In this document: piece by piece, positions 1 to 11,400 of the stretch | Layout: the number at the start of each line of letters is the position of its first letter | Numbering within the stretch: position 1 is the stretch's first letter | NCBI GenBank assembly: GCA_013115145.1 | Contig: JAAPAO010000339.1 | Location: 1-38,194 of the forward strand | Direction: 5' to 3' | From: Perkinsus chesapeaki ATCC PRA-425 | Lineage: Eukaryota; Protista; Perkinsozoa | DNA: 38,194 bases | Program-made: the position numbers and the translations under genes | The notes under the pieces: generated by a model | Told to the model about the DNA's origin: nothing | The model's database searches: none | What the model saw: the letters and a program-made list of their open reading frames with translations, nothing else

Positions 1-515
1 CTTCGCTCGCCCTAACTGACACAATTCTTCTTGCGCTTCCCAGTTGTACTGCACAACACTTCGTGTTCTTTCAAACAGGAGGGGAAGGGCTAGACAGTAG
101 GCGCACTTTAAATCCTGGTACCACTGCGTTGCCGTACCTCGGTCCTAGCGAAATGAGAGTGGGTTTTAGGCTAGAACTTGGCATAACATTCTCTACGATA
201 GAAAGACGAATAATGCAGTATATCCAACTTGCATAATGCATGGATCAACCAGGGTGGATTGTTGGGCAACGCATATAGTCTTGAAGAGCAAATCTGCCCA
301 ACTCATCTGCCCAACATTGGAAGACTCTACCAGACAGAGGGTGAGATAAACAACCACAGCTTTCATGTAATGGGTGTGAAGGACTCGACTAGAGCATTAA
401 TGGTCACACACTGCAGCTGTCACTTGACAAATGACAGTGAAAGGGCTCTTTTCAATACAAGTAGAACCCAGACAATTAGATACTCTGATGAACTTCATCA
501 CCACATACCGTGAGG

Positions 516-944
516 TTACTTCAGGTGCCTCATAACCACAGTTTGGTTGAGGAAGCTTGAAGAGAGGGTATTAGCACTCTCATCAAACGTGAACTCATGC
601 AGACTTCCTTCGGCATGAATTCCGAAATGGTTGTTGATCATCTGAATGAAATGCCGGTAATCACCATGACTACTGGGATCTATAAAGTATGGGTAATCCA
701 ACGGGTGTATTTTCAGCATTGATGACGATACCGCAGCCAAAGAAGAGCACGATACCGAGTATCCGATAAATGGAGGTTCAGTGGGCTCCCACACAGCTAC
801 CACAATGCACTGCACGGGTGGGCCGGCGAAATTAAGATAGTATACTCCATCAGGGCCGGCTCCCATGCACCATCCATTGATGAGGGCTATTAATAGAATG
901 ACGAGCATTGAGGTAACAAAGAGCTGTGTGCCAGCCGAATACAT
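516..944 (-). CDS. Small intronless, probably secreted hypothetical protein (142 aa)
   Basis: Open frame from ATG at 944: MYSAGTQLFVTSMLVILLIALINGWCMG is signal-peptide-like, followed by a globular-looking region. No family recognised. Confidence 0.6.
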   Translation of the reverse strand: MYSAGTQLFVTSMLVILLIALINGWCMGAGPDGVYYLNFAGPPVQCIVVAVWEPTEPPFIGYSVSCSSLAAVSSSMLKIHPLDYPYFIDPSSHGDYRHFIQMINNHFGIHAEGSLHEFTFDESANTLSSSFLNQTVVMRHLK

Positions 945-1310
945 TTTTCTGTTTATTAAACAGTCAATTTTCCCGGCCAGTAACAGTGGCAAACATGCAC
1001 TGCCACTCAAGTCGTATCAGGCATTCCCATGCCCTGTAGTTCTGGTTCCTACTCCAAAATCTTGTCACTAGATCCGTGTCACTTTAACGGAAAGCCGCCA
1101 AGAGTCAGTGGGCGTGCACATCACAGCGTTCAGTACCATCGGTCCCGAAACCGAGTTTGCCTCGAGTTGAAAAGCGTGACATTAACTAAATTTTTCCGAA
1201 GTCTAGAATGGTGGCTTGTATCGGGACATTTTAAATCTGGCTACTTTTCGGGTTCCATTCAAAAACATCCTAATTCGGAAATTTTGAAAAATGCCCAATT
1301 TAAAAAAATG

Positions 1311-1332
1311 CATGCGAGCTCGAGCTCGCATG
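1311..1332. repeat. Perfect 22-bp palindrome CATGCGAGCTCGAGCTCGCATG, overlapped and followed by an imperfect second one (TGTTC-ct-GAGCTC-GAACA)
   Basis: Read directly from the sequence; it lies in an A/T-tract-rich intergenic segment. Confidence 0.85.
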
Positions 1333-1700
1333 TTCCTGAGCTCGAACATCACAAGTCCAAGATTAAACTAGAGTCCATGTAGAAAAACAAAGTTGAAGGA
1401 GTTCACAGAAAAGCTAAACGCCTACCTTCGCCCTTGTTGCTCCATGTAGTGATCGAATCTACACCCGCTACGCTCGCAGGGAGACGACCGGAATTTCCAA
1501 AGAATCGATTATAGTGGCGCGCGCTGTCTCAAAATCGCGCGTCCTGCATCATCATCCTTCATGCTGCTGGGCATCGGCTGCCTCAGCATTCCGTAGGGGT
1601 TTCCGTTTTTAACATGAGTGTTTCTCTTAGTTTCGCCGGTTCCTTTATAATAATGTTCTCTGAAGCCTTCGACGCCACATCTCTACCCAAGTCCCACGGC

Positions 1701-4409
1701 ATGTCTAAAACTACTAAGGTAGATCAGTAGCAGTGTTCAACTACTATGTCTCTTAGATCATCGCTGGTGTTAGCGCCTGTACATTGGCTGCCGGGGCTGG
1801 TTACTATTTATATAACCGACGACAGCGAGCACGGAAGAGTAAGACGCGGTTCTTTCTTTGAGACCTACCGGAAAAGTCGGTATGACATTTGCTAGGTGAA
1901 GAGGAAAAGATCGCATCGATCGATCTCGATAAGCTGAAGCTTATCACTGATGACCTCCTCGTTAACATGCACGGTGTTCTCATGGAGATGGCTCAGATGA
2001 CACGTAAGTCAATTCGCACTGTACATGGAAGTAGGTGCTGTTTCAGAGCGAGTGAGGACGGCCTTGGCCCAAAAAGGGTTGTCCAATCAAATGACGGACG
2101 AGCAGCTCACAGAGATGATTCTCCAGCAAGGAATCCAACAGAAGCTAGAAGATACGCAAAAGCAAGTTTTAAAGAAGTAATCGTAGACGACGCTCGGTTG
2201 TGCGTGCGGTTAGCTGATAGTTGCCGTTCAGATACGACGTGACGGCTGAGGAGGTCGAAGCTGCTCAAAAGCGTTATGAGAACGATGAACATATACAGCA
2301 ATTTGAGAAGGGCATGGATTCTATGTTCGCCTCAGCGACCAAGGGAAAAATGCCTATCATACCAGGTAGTATACAAGAAAGGTTCATGGCAACTTGCTAG
2401 CAATACAATGCAGTAGTGAGCGGGCGTTACAGTTGGACGATCTGGAGCTCGCTTGTATGAAGTTGGTGTCAGAACTTTTAGATTGGAAGGCCTCCGATTA
2501 ATTGAGCCGTGATAAAAATTCTAAAGTGCATTATGGGTCAAGTAAGGATTGATGTGTATCGTCATGGTGGTAGTAGTAGGATTAGCTTCCATATTGCATA
2601 CAGTGTCAACCTGGAGGCAAAATTTGATCGCTACATCCAAGAATGGTCAATACTTTCGATGCTGGGTTGCGAATTGTGATCTTGCAGTAAAATACAATGG
2701 ATTCGAGGGCAGGCCATTCTAGGAAGGGTACTAGAATTAACCAGCTCCACATTTCCTCTTCGCAATAGTGCTGCCACAGCATGGTGAAGTGCCTGTGACA
2801 TATCTACTCACTTGCCCCGTATTTATGCATAGATAGCCCCTGGTGTATAGTGTTTTATTCTCTAGTGTAAAGCTGTAGTACAAGGCAAGTGACAAGGGGG
2901 CAATCGGCCCGATTAATTCTTTACAGCTTCCACAATTTGTTCTGCCGCACTGCCCATTTTTGTGTGTATAATTGTCAGGCTTCGAGATGCCCAAGGCCCT
3001 CACAGTAGACATGTGTTTGAAGATCTTAGAAGCAGTTAATACGGAGAAGCTCGCTAGATTCAGGAAGACACTTAAGGATTTCTGGCAGAAGCATCCTCAT
3101 CCGGTCGATGTAATAGCGTCCATGTCACTGCTAGTGCTATTGGCTTGCGGCAGGCTGATCAGGCTGAGCTCGGCGCAGCCTTGCAGGTGGCCAACGACTC
3201 TGCTGAGGCGGCAGCTGTGGCTCGATACGCTGACGTAGTGGTTAACAAGGCTGTACTACACAGTGCTGTGGCGACGTAGGTCATTGGGAAGGATCTGTAT
3301 AGGAACTGGGATCAACTGCCGTGCGTGAGGATAGGCTACTGTACGTATAGTATAAAGTGGCTTTATGGTTGCTGGGGGATGGCAAATAGCAGGGATTCGG
3401 AGCTATAGGTGGAGAATATGACTCCTATACAATGCGCCCATCTCTTGATCGGATTGGTCGGTTAGATTTATGCGGTTAAATTAGCTCCTTGGTGGTGAAC
3501 TGGAAATGATCCAGAGTTCGCTGAACATTCCTCTGGTCGATATCGTCGATCGTCAGGTACATGACCGAGGACAAGGCTTTCGCTAAGGAGCGCACCCGAT
3601 TGGAGCGCACCCAGCAATTGGAGATAGTGAAGATGATCAAGGCAGGACCAGAGGGCATCGATGCTCTTGGTAACACTGCACCTATTGAGCTTATTGATGG
3701 ACTTACTGACAAGCTTGAAGGTAAGGCTTATTTTGCTTGCTTTGAAGGGTGCATTATGTGCTCAGGCACCAACGAGGAGGGCCTCACTGTCCGTCTGCTG
3801 CAGGCTAGTGATGACAAGAGCGGAGTGGTCGTTGTTATTACTAAGAGTAAGACATCGACAGTCTAAGTTTTATTGATTTCTCTATCGTCAGCTATGAAGG
3901 ACGCTGGGAAGCTGATGAAGCCCATTTCGGATGCTATCGATGCTGGCAAGTTTGATAAGAGAAAGGATCTTCAATTTGTGTAGGAATCGGAAGCTCGGGT
4001 TTTGGGTTTGATCAGTGGCCTGACAGTTACATGGCCGCTGCTGCCGATTCACCGCTGATCCAATCTGAGAGATGCAAGAACTGTGATATCGTTTATGTAA
4101 TAAAAGGGAGGGGGTTTTGTGGAAGCGTTGAGCATGTCTTTGTTAAGCAACGTTCATGCTGACGACCCAGGTTCTATTCCCACGACCGGACCTTCAGCAG
4201 CGCCCCGTAGCCTGTTTGAGCCTTGAAGAGCTTTTGGATGCTGTTGATGATGATCGTATGTTCTCTGATAAAGGTGTTGGTCTCCTGAAGATGAGCACTA
4301 GTGCGGCCATGTCCTCCTCGGATGACTCGTCCAAGAGTAATAGTTCCTATTAAGGGAGCATGCACTGTCTACTTTTGTAGGTGCTGTCAAACCGGCTGAT
4401 GTTGATTAA
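1701..4409 (+). CDS. Multi-exon hypothetical protein with N-terminal signal anchor and helical body
   Basis: Hand-spliced: MSKTTK|IIAGVSACTLAAGAGYYLYNRRQRARK|SEEEKIASIDLDKLK...QQGIQQKLEDTQKQVLK|KYDVTAEEVEAAQKRY...FEMPKALTVDMCLKILE...DIVY|VLFPRPDL...SK|SAVKPADVD*. Exon phases are consistent; one intron is probably GC-AG. Confidence 0.7.
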
Positions 4410-4803
4410 ATGCCCTTTAATAGTTCCTAATACAGCCATAAGGCTGAAACACTTGAATGCTATCATAAGTGGCAGGTCGGCGCTGACAACGACCGGGAAG
4501 CCGCTGCCGTCACCGCTGGCTTGTCCTGTTTCCAAGTAAACAGTTTCCGAATTGTGCTTTTACAAATCTTCTTGTGTGCTCAATTACTCTATCGTCGAGG
4601 TCGACTGTGTCGTGGATCGTTCCATGTGTTATGGGTATATTGGCTAAGTCATGATAAGCTAACAGGTTCGTTAGCTTAGCGGGCGGGCGAGTTGATCGAT
4701 TATGTAAGCTGTCCTGTAATGCTCGTATACCTATCCCAGAGTTTGTTTGCATCAACCTCGTCGGTGATTGTCTCACGTCAACGTCCTTCCCCTCCAGCCT
4801 AGC

Positions 4804-6766
4804 ATGAGCTCCGATAACGATTCGCTTAACAACGAGGACAGGCCTCAGGTGGTCTGGCTTGTCCCCGAGAAGTTCTGCTGGGTAGGTGCTGGAGTGGACC
4901 TGCGTTGGCGTGGATTCGAACGTATGTAGATCGCTAATGTGCCTACTACCTGTAAGTCCTGTGTGGATGGCGGCGGCAGTAGCTGTCACTCTGAGCCGTT
5001 GAAGAGCATCAAGAGAATGCACAGGCACCAGAGCCCAGGTGAGCCCTCCTGCGGTAGAGGGAGGAGGTAAGGCTGATGCTGATGTGCTAGGATCGGTGCA
5101 GCTTACTTCGGATGCGAAGGAGTTCATCGAGGCTAATGTGGGCAGTGAGACGGAGCTCTACTGTGTGGAGAACGACTCTGCCCTCAATTGTGCGATATAT
5201 GTCCACCAAGGCGTGGCTAGCAACAGACACTTCGGCCCGATGAGCTTCTGGCAGGTGAGGCTGCCTGTTCAGGGAGGCCGAGGAGATTGAGGCGTCCTCA
5301 TAGGTGTCCCGATTCTGTGACAGCCTAGAGTCGGAGCTGGCCACGGCGGCGGAGTCGTCTAAGGTACTCGTTATGGTAACATCGCCGTTCGCAGCGACGG
5401 CCTCGAACGCTGCGACGATGCTTATGTGCTATCTGGTTTTGAGGAAAGGCTTCTCCTGCGAGGAGACTCAGGAGAAGTTCTCCTCGGTCGACATTGCCGA
5501 CTTCCCCAACCCTTTCGTGTTCACGAGCACGCCTAAGGCAGCATCTCTCCGTCCTATTGACTGCGCGAGAGGTCTGCAGATCGCCAAGCAGATGGGGTGG
5601 TATCCTGACGTTGGACAGTGGAGGGCATTGAGGCTTAAGTACAGCGCTACCTGGGTGGTTCCGGGGCTCTTCCTGGCCATGCCGGATCCGGTTACTATCG
5701 ATGATGGTTTCAGCCGGACCAGTTTAATTAGCAAATCGGGTAGGCTGGCAGGGCGCGGCAAGAAGGGCAGTCGAGGGTTGGCAGATATAGACTCGGACGT
5801 CATGTCGGAGGCTCAGCAGCAGCAGCCGACCACACCGACAAGCCTGCCGAAGGCGGAGGAGGCGAGTGAGGTTGGTCTGGTGGACAAGTTACAGGAGCTC
5901 AAGGTGGGGATGATACTGAGGATTAACAAGATGCTAGAGAGAAATGATGAGACTCGTAATGATACCGCAGCCGGGGATCGAACTTGCATGGATGATATCT
6001 TAGGGTGGTATGACCCGGATGCGATATTGCCGGAAAGCATCGGTCACACAGACATCCCCATGGGCGATGGAGGGCTGCCTAGTGCTCAGATACTCACTAC
6101 TGCGTATAAGGCGATGACTGAGGTAGATCCACACAGCTGAATAGGGGGCAGGGTGGTGCTGCTCGTCAGACGCTGGAGAAGCGCCCTGATGCTGCTATAG
6201 CTCTGCACTGCCATGCTGGACTGGGACGCACTCTGGTCCTCATCGCTCATGCGATTGTCCACGCCCTTGGCTGGTGAGCCTCGTTGAGGGTTATGTTAGG
6301 CAGCAGCTGTGATGGTCTCAGGCCAGATGGGGAGTACGGTGCCTTGCATGGCTGGCTAAGGATTGTGAGGCCGGGAAGTTTGACGAGCATCCAGCAGGCG
6401 GAGTTTGTCCGTAACGGTTGTGAGTTGAGGGGAGGCTCCAAGGAGCTGGATGATGCTGTTGAGGGGTTCAGGAAGGCACTTTCCGGGCGTAGGTGGGGGA
6501 GTGTCATGGATGAGGATAGCAATCGGTATTCAGGTTTCAAGACGAAGCAAGCTAAGCCGACTCCATCTCCGAAACGGAAGACCTATTCCACTGATGAGAT
6601 TCAACCACCTGAGTCAAAGATTCGAGCACTCGCAGTTCCCCCGGCGAAACGTTCCTGTCTGCTGGCATCGGCGACGGCGGCGGCGGCAGAGACGGCCGGT
6701 TCTAATGTCCGAGTTAGTGAGGCCAGCACTGCTGTTGATGAGCACTTAGCATTTGATGAGTATTAA
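4804..6766 (+). CDS. CDC14: CDC14-family dual-specificity protein phosphatase (multi-exon)
   Basis: N-terminal domain motifs HFGPMS and NAATMLMCYL, then DCARGL, TWVVPGLFLAMPDP, DGGLP, catalytic loop LHCHAGLGRT (about 6205-6235) and WLRIVRPGS..QQ, all matching CDC14 consensus. Confidence 0.9.
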
Positions 6767-7067
6767 GGATATCTTAGCCTTCTCAGACTCCCATTGATTG
6801 TTCTCTAATTAACTGTCGGTCGTTGATGATGAGTGGTGTCGTCGACCAACACTAAAGTAGTCGTCATCACCGAGTGAGTGCTGCTGTTTTCGATTTTCCT
6901 TAATTATCACAACTCGTTGAGTTCATCAGTCAACCGCCCAGCACATCATGCTTCAGTGGAGTTTTCCGAACAAGTGGCGTTTTTCTTGCAATTTTCGTGC
7001 AATTTTTCGCTCTTACTGTCGTCGGCGTCATCCTTGTTACCGTGTTCGATTTAAGTCCGATTTTTCC

Positions 7068-8111
7068 ATGGGAAATTCTTGTTCTTCCTGCTTTGGCTCC
7101 ACCTCAACTCCTACACCACCGGCAGCTCGAAGCTCCAAGCCTGTTGAAGATATCCCCAAGGTTGTTTTGGAGACACCTAAGAAGGAGGCAGAGCAGCAGC
7201 AGCCGGTTGCTGCTGCTAAGGAAGCTCCTGAGCCAGTTAAGGCCGAGACTACCGCTACCAGCGTTCCAGTTGCAGAGCCTACTTCTGCGGTGAAGACGAC
7301 TGCTGTTGAGAGCAGTCCAGTCGCCACCACTGCCGCCCCTACACCGGTGCCGAAACCGGCCCCAATGGTCGAGGAAGAAGTCCCTGCTGTGAAGGTGGCC
7401 GAACCAGCTGTTGTTGAGGAGCCAGTGGCTAGCACTGTTGCCAAGGAGCCAGTACCGGCTGCTGCTGCTGTGGTGGAAGAGGATGCTCCAAAGGTTATGG
7501 AGACCACCACTGTAACTGCTCATATTGTAGATGAGGTGAAGCCAATTGAAGAGGCAACGACTAAACCAGCGCCAGAGCCCGCTGCTGTCATCGCTGAGGA
7601 GGCGAAGCCGGCCGAGGCTGCTCCGAAAGAGAAGCCTGTCGAGGCTGAAAAGGAAACCAAGTCGGTTGAAGCGGCTGCTCCTGTTGAGGAAGCCATGCCG
7701 GCACCGGCAGTGGAGACTTCTGAGAAGCCCACGGAGAAGACAGAGGTTAAGTTGGAGATCGAGAAGGATGCTGTTAAGGAAGAGCAGTCTAACGCAACTG
7801 CTGCCAGCAGTCAGCCGGAGCAGAAGGAGAGGCTGATGGAGGCCTTGGTCCAGAATATCCAGCGGAAGCAGGCCGAACAGCAGATACGGCAGCTCCTATA
7901 CAGCCAGGTTCAAACGCAGCAACAGGCGATGGAGAAGGAGAATAAGCCAACTAAGTCTGGAAAGAAGCATAATCATCATAAGGCTGCTGAAGTCAGCCCT
8001 GACAGATCGGCCACCGCAACTGTGGGGCAATCTACAAAGAAGAGCAAGCAGAGCCAAAAGGAACGCAGGGCAAGACAGAAGGCGGCCAAGGCGGCCAAGC
8101 GCGTCCTTTAA
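7068..8111 (+). CDS. Single-exon 347-aa Ala/Glu/Pro-rich protein with N-myristoylation/palmitoylation motif
   Basis: Starts MGNSCSSCFG (Gly2, Cys5, Cys8), then a long acidic low-complexity region, a Gln-rich helical segment and a basic C-terminal tail. Confidence 0.8.
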   Translation: MGNSCSSCFGSTSTPTPPAARSSKPVEDIPKVVLETPKKEAEQQQPVAAAKEAPEPVKAETTATSVPVAEPTSAVKTTAVESSPVATTAAPTPVPKPAPMVEEEVPAVKVAEPAVVEEPVASTVAKEPVPAAAAVVEEDAPKVMETTTVTAHIVDEVKPIEEATTKPAPEPAAVIAEEAKPAEAAPKEKPVEAEKETKSVEAAAPVEEAMPAPAVETSEKPTEKTEVKLEIEKDAVKEEQSNATAASSQPEQKERLMEALVQNIQRKQAEQQIRQLLYSQVQTQQQAMEKENKPTKSGKKHNHHKAAEVSPDRSATATVGQSTKKSKQSQKERRARQKAAKAAKRVL

Positions 8112-8442
8112 GTCGTGGAGAATAACATTATCATTTAACACTGACGTTTGGTACTCCCTCCCTCCCCACTGCTCCATCAGATGCCTGTTGTTGCTATTGC
8201 CGATGTAGTCGGTGCAATCAAAGTTTCCTATTCTCCCCAATGGCTTTGGCATTCTAGTGGGAAAGTTAATCACGGACCATTGGTTTGGAAGGAGGAAATG
8301 GGCGTATCTTAGGTCCATGCACGGTTGATGCCGCCAATGTCATTTCTGTGAGGCGGTCCTTTCTTTTGCATTTCTCTTATATCCTTTATCAATTTATATC
8401 CTGTTTGTCCTCCTCGATAAGCACTCAGTTGTCGGTTAATGG

Positions 8443-11400
8443 ATGCGTTGGCTGTTCGGCGGCAATAGAAGGGACGATGAGGACTGGGAGGATCTCATGG
8501 AGAGCTCGACAACGCTGATGTCGGCCACAGTAGATCCGCAAGGTAGTCCTGGGAAGCTGGATTGGCGGCATCCGGCGAAGGCTTAGGCGAAGGTCCCATC
8601 AGCTTGAAATCTCCGAAGGATACCCGCACACGCGTACTGGTGTACGGGTCACCTTTCGCTGAGATGATGGCTGATAAGGCTGCTGCCGAGGACAGACACG
8701 AGGCTACTTCTATAGGCGGACATAGGTTGAGTGTATCTAGGGGCTCCTTTGGGTTGAGAGGAGGGTCCCCATTGGAAACTACATCACAGCAGGCAGCAGT
8801 AAGCAAGGGCGTCCCACGCCGGGCTTCCACTCCTTGGTAGGCTGCTCGATGGCCGCCGCCGCCGCCAGTCAGGGATGTGGTGGTATCAGCTCCGGTAGTG
8901 CTGGCTGGAGGGGTTCTCAGCAGCTGCAGGATCGATAAGGTGGCAGAGGGGGCTCGGGCAGTGCTATCATGGATAGGTCTCTGTGGGGGACGGTGGGCAT
9001 GTCCTGCTGCTGTGCTCTCAAGGACGTTTGTACGCGTTTGGCCGGAACGATCATGGCCAATGTGGAGTCGGACATTTCCGAGAAGTGGTCCACGAGGCAG
9101 GTTCGTAGAGGACTTCGTGGCACATGCCTCCGCGGTAGGTAACCCCGGTCCGTCTGCCTGGGGAGTACTCAGTGTCTACTATGGCCACTGGAGCCTTCCA
9201 CAGTGTGTGTTTGGGGGCCAAGGGCGGCGGGGGCGGCGGCCAGGTGGGATGTTGGCCATCATCGGCCGAGTTAAGGATACCCGCAGCTAGGTCTATGTCT
9301 GGGGCCACTCTGACTGCTTGGCTCTTAGCAGTTCTGAGTGGAAGGAGGCCGCCGCTGGTGAGGCTGGACGCTATGCATGCAGCAGCAGCCTTCTTCCTGT
9401 CTAGGTCGCAGTAAAGGCCATATCAGTGTCCCAACCAGCCTGGCAGCTTTGGGGGGCTCCTCAGTAGTGGGGGCCATTGCAGCTTGCGAAAGGACCAGCT
9501 ATGCTCTTGTTATACGGAAAGTGATGACAGCTATGGACTACCAGTCAGCAACAACTTTTCTCACAGATGGTATCATCCGCGTTGATGACCGGCTGCAGGC
9601 CAAGGGACTTTAAATGGGCCACGGTGAAGTCAGCACTAGTGGAGCAGATGCCTGCTGATGGTGTCTCATTGGCGGTCCGGCTGGTTCATCGGGGACAACT
9701 GTTGTGTCGGGAGGAGGTCGGAATATCCATCGGTAGTGCGGTATGCTGGATGGGTGTGCAGGGTCCACAGTGTGTCAGAGGTGTCTGGGGGAACTGGTGG
9801 ACTGGAGCTGTCTGGTCGATACTTCCACAACGGGGAGTTCGCCGAGAGCCGGCCTGTGTTCATGCGGAGAATGGCTCACTCGGCAGGGCATGAGCCGGCC
9901 TGGATCTACTTCAAGGACGGTGGTGGAGAGAGGAGGCAATGGGTACGGTACAGCGGGGGCCGACACCTCTGATGATATTATAGGTCATTTCGACAGCGGC
10001 ACCAGGAACTGAAGCTGGCTTCTTCTTGGTCCTGAGCGGACAGCCGTTGAGCAGTCCGCTGGAGCTGTGTAAGAAAGAAGGGGCGCCGACAGTAGCCAGT
10101 GTCGGGCTTGCTCTGGTCGGGGACAGTATTTATCTGCGGCGAGATGACAGTGAAAGCCATGGTCTGGATGGTCGATATGACCGGATGGACGGGTTGATCG
10201 ATGGCACCGTGGGGTATGCTCTATCAGGCGGCAGCGGGCCAGGGACAGTGCTGGTGCCGAATATGGCCAAGGGGAGATGGGAAATTCGCCGTGGGGCTAC
10301 CATGGCTGCATTCAGCACAGATGCCTTCAACTGTGCTCTGCCGTGGTGCATGTCCCAGAGTATCGGCCTGTGGTATCGGTCCAGTGGTGGAGTCTTCCGG
10401 GTGGAAGCGGTAGTGGACGGTGTTGTATCTTCTGATGGTTTGGTGGGAGAGGATACTAGTGATGGTTTGGCTATCGAGCTGGAGGGTATGGTGAGATGCT
10501 GTTTGCTCTTGCATTGGGGTCTGTCGGCTTTGGGCCAACTACTTCCCGTGCCGAAGTTGCTTCATGAGTTCCCCAGCGATACTGAAATCGTCGATATCGC
10601 CGCTGGTGGGCATTTTGGTCTTGCCGCGGATCGAACCGGCGCCGTTTACGGTTGGGGGGATGGGACCTATGGGGAGTTACTGTCATCCAAGGGTGCCGCG
10701 GTGAGGAGGTTGGACGCTCTTGTCGGGTTCAAGGCCAGACAGGTCTCCTGTGGGGCTCGGCATGCCCTGGTTGTAGATGAACAGGGTAGTGTGGTGGCCT
10801 TTGGGGACAACACAGCTGGTCAGTGTGGCTTGGGCAGTAGGGAGGGGCATAGAGTCAAGAGAGCCAAGGTGATTCCTGTGGGCGGGGCGTGCCTCCACGG
10901 TGGAGGTACTGCGGCCTGTGGTGGACGGCATAGTGCTCTGGTGACGGCAGAGGGAAGGCTGTTCACTTGGGGCCATGGTGGGGACGGCAAACTGATACAT
11001 GTCAAGGAGAAGTATGGCCCTAGGTCGGGTATGGAGGAGGAGGAGAGGGTCGAAGGGGGTGACTGGGAGGAGCAGGAGGAGGAGGGAGGCAATAGGCGGC
11101 CTGCTGGGGTGGCCATCAGAAGTGGCCTCAAGGCTGCGGTGCATCGGCCACGGATGGTCTACGCATTGACACATTTGAAGGTAGTAAGGGGCGGCTGTCA
11201 GGGCCAATGGTCCTGGGTGTAGGTACAGGCCGTGGGGCTTGGCGCGGACTCCACAGTGGTGGTAGTGGGGGACAGTACTGCTCTTGAAGGTGTCGTTGGC
11301 TCTGTTGATGGCAGCACGCCGGGGAGCGCGAGCCCCTTGTCGGTATCGAGGAGCAGCAATCCCTTCCGCTCTCGGTTATTTGCTAGTGAGACCGTTGGAT

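Noticed and set aside
1-366. Second - strand gene starting MKAVVVYLTLCL
   Set aside because: The start is signal-like, but I found no convincing spliced continuation or recognisable motif.
7068-8111. GAP45 orthologue
   Set aside because: It shares an MGNxC start but lacks the conserved Cys-containing C-terminal domain of GAP45.
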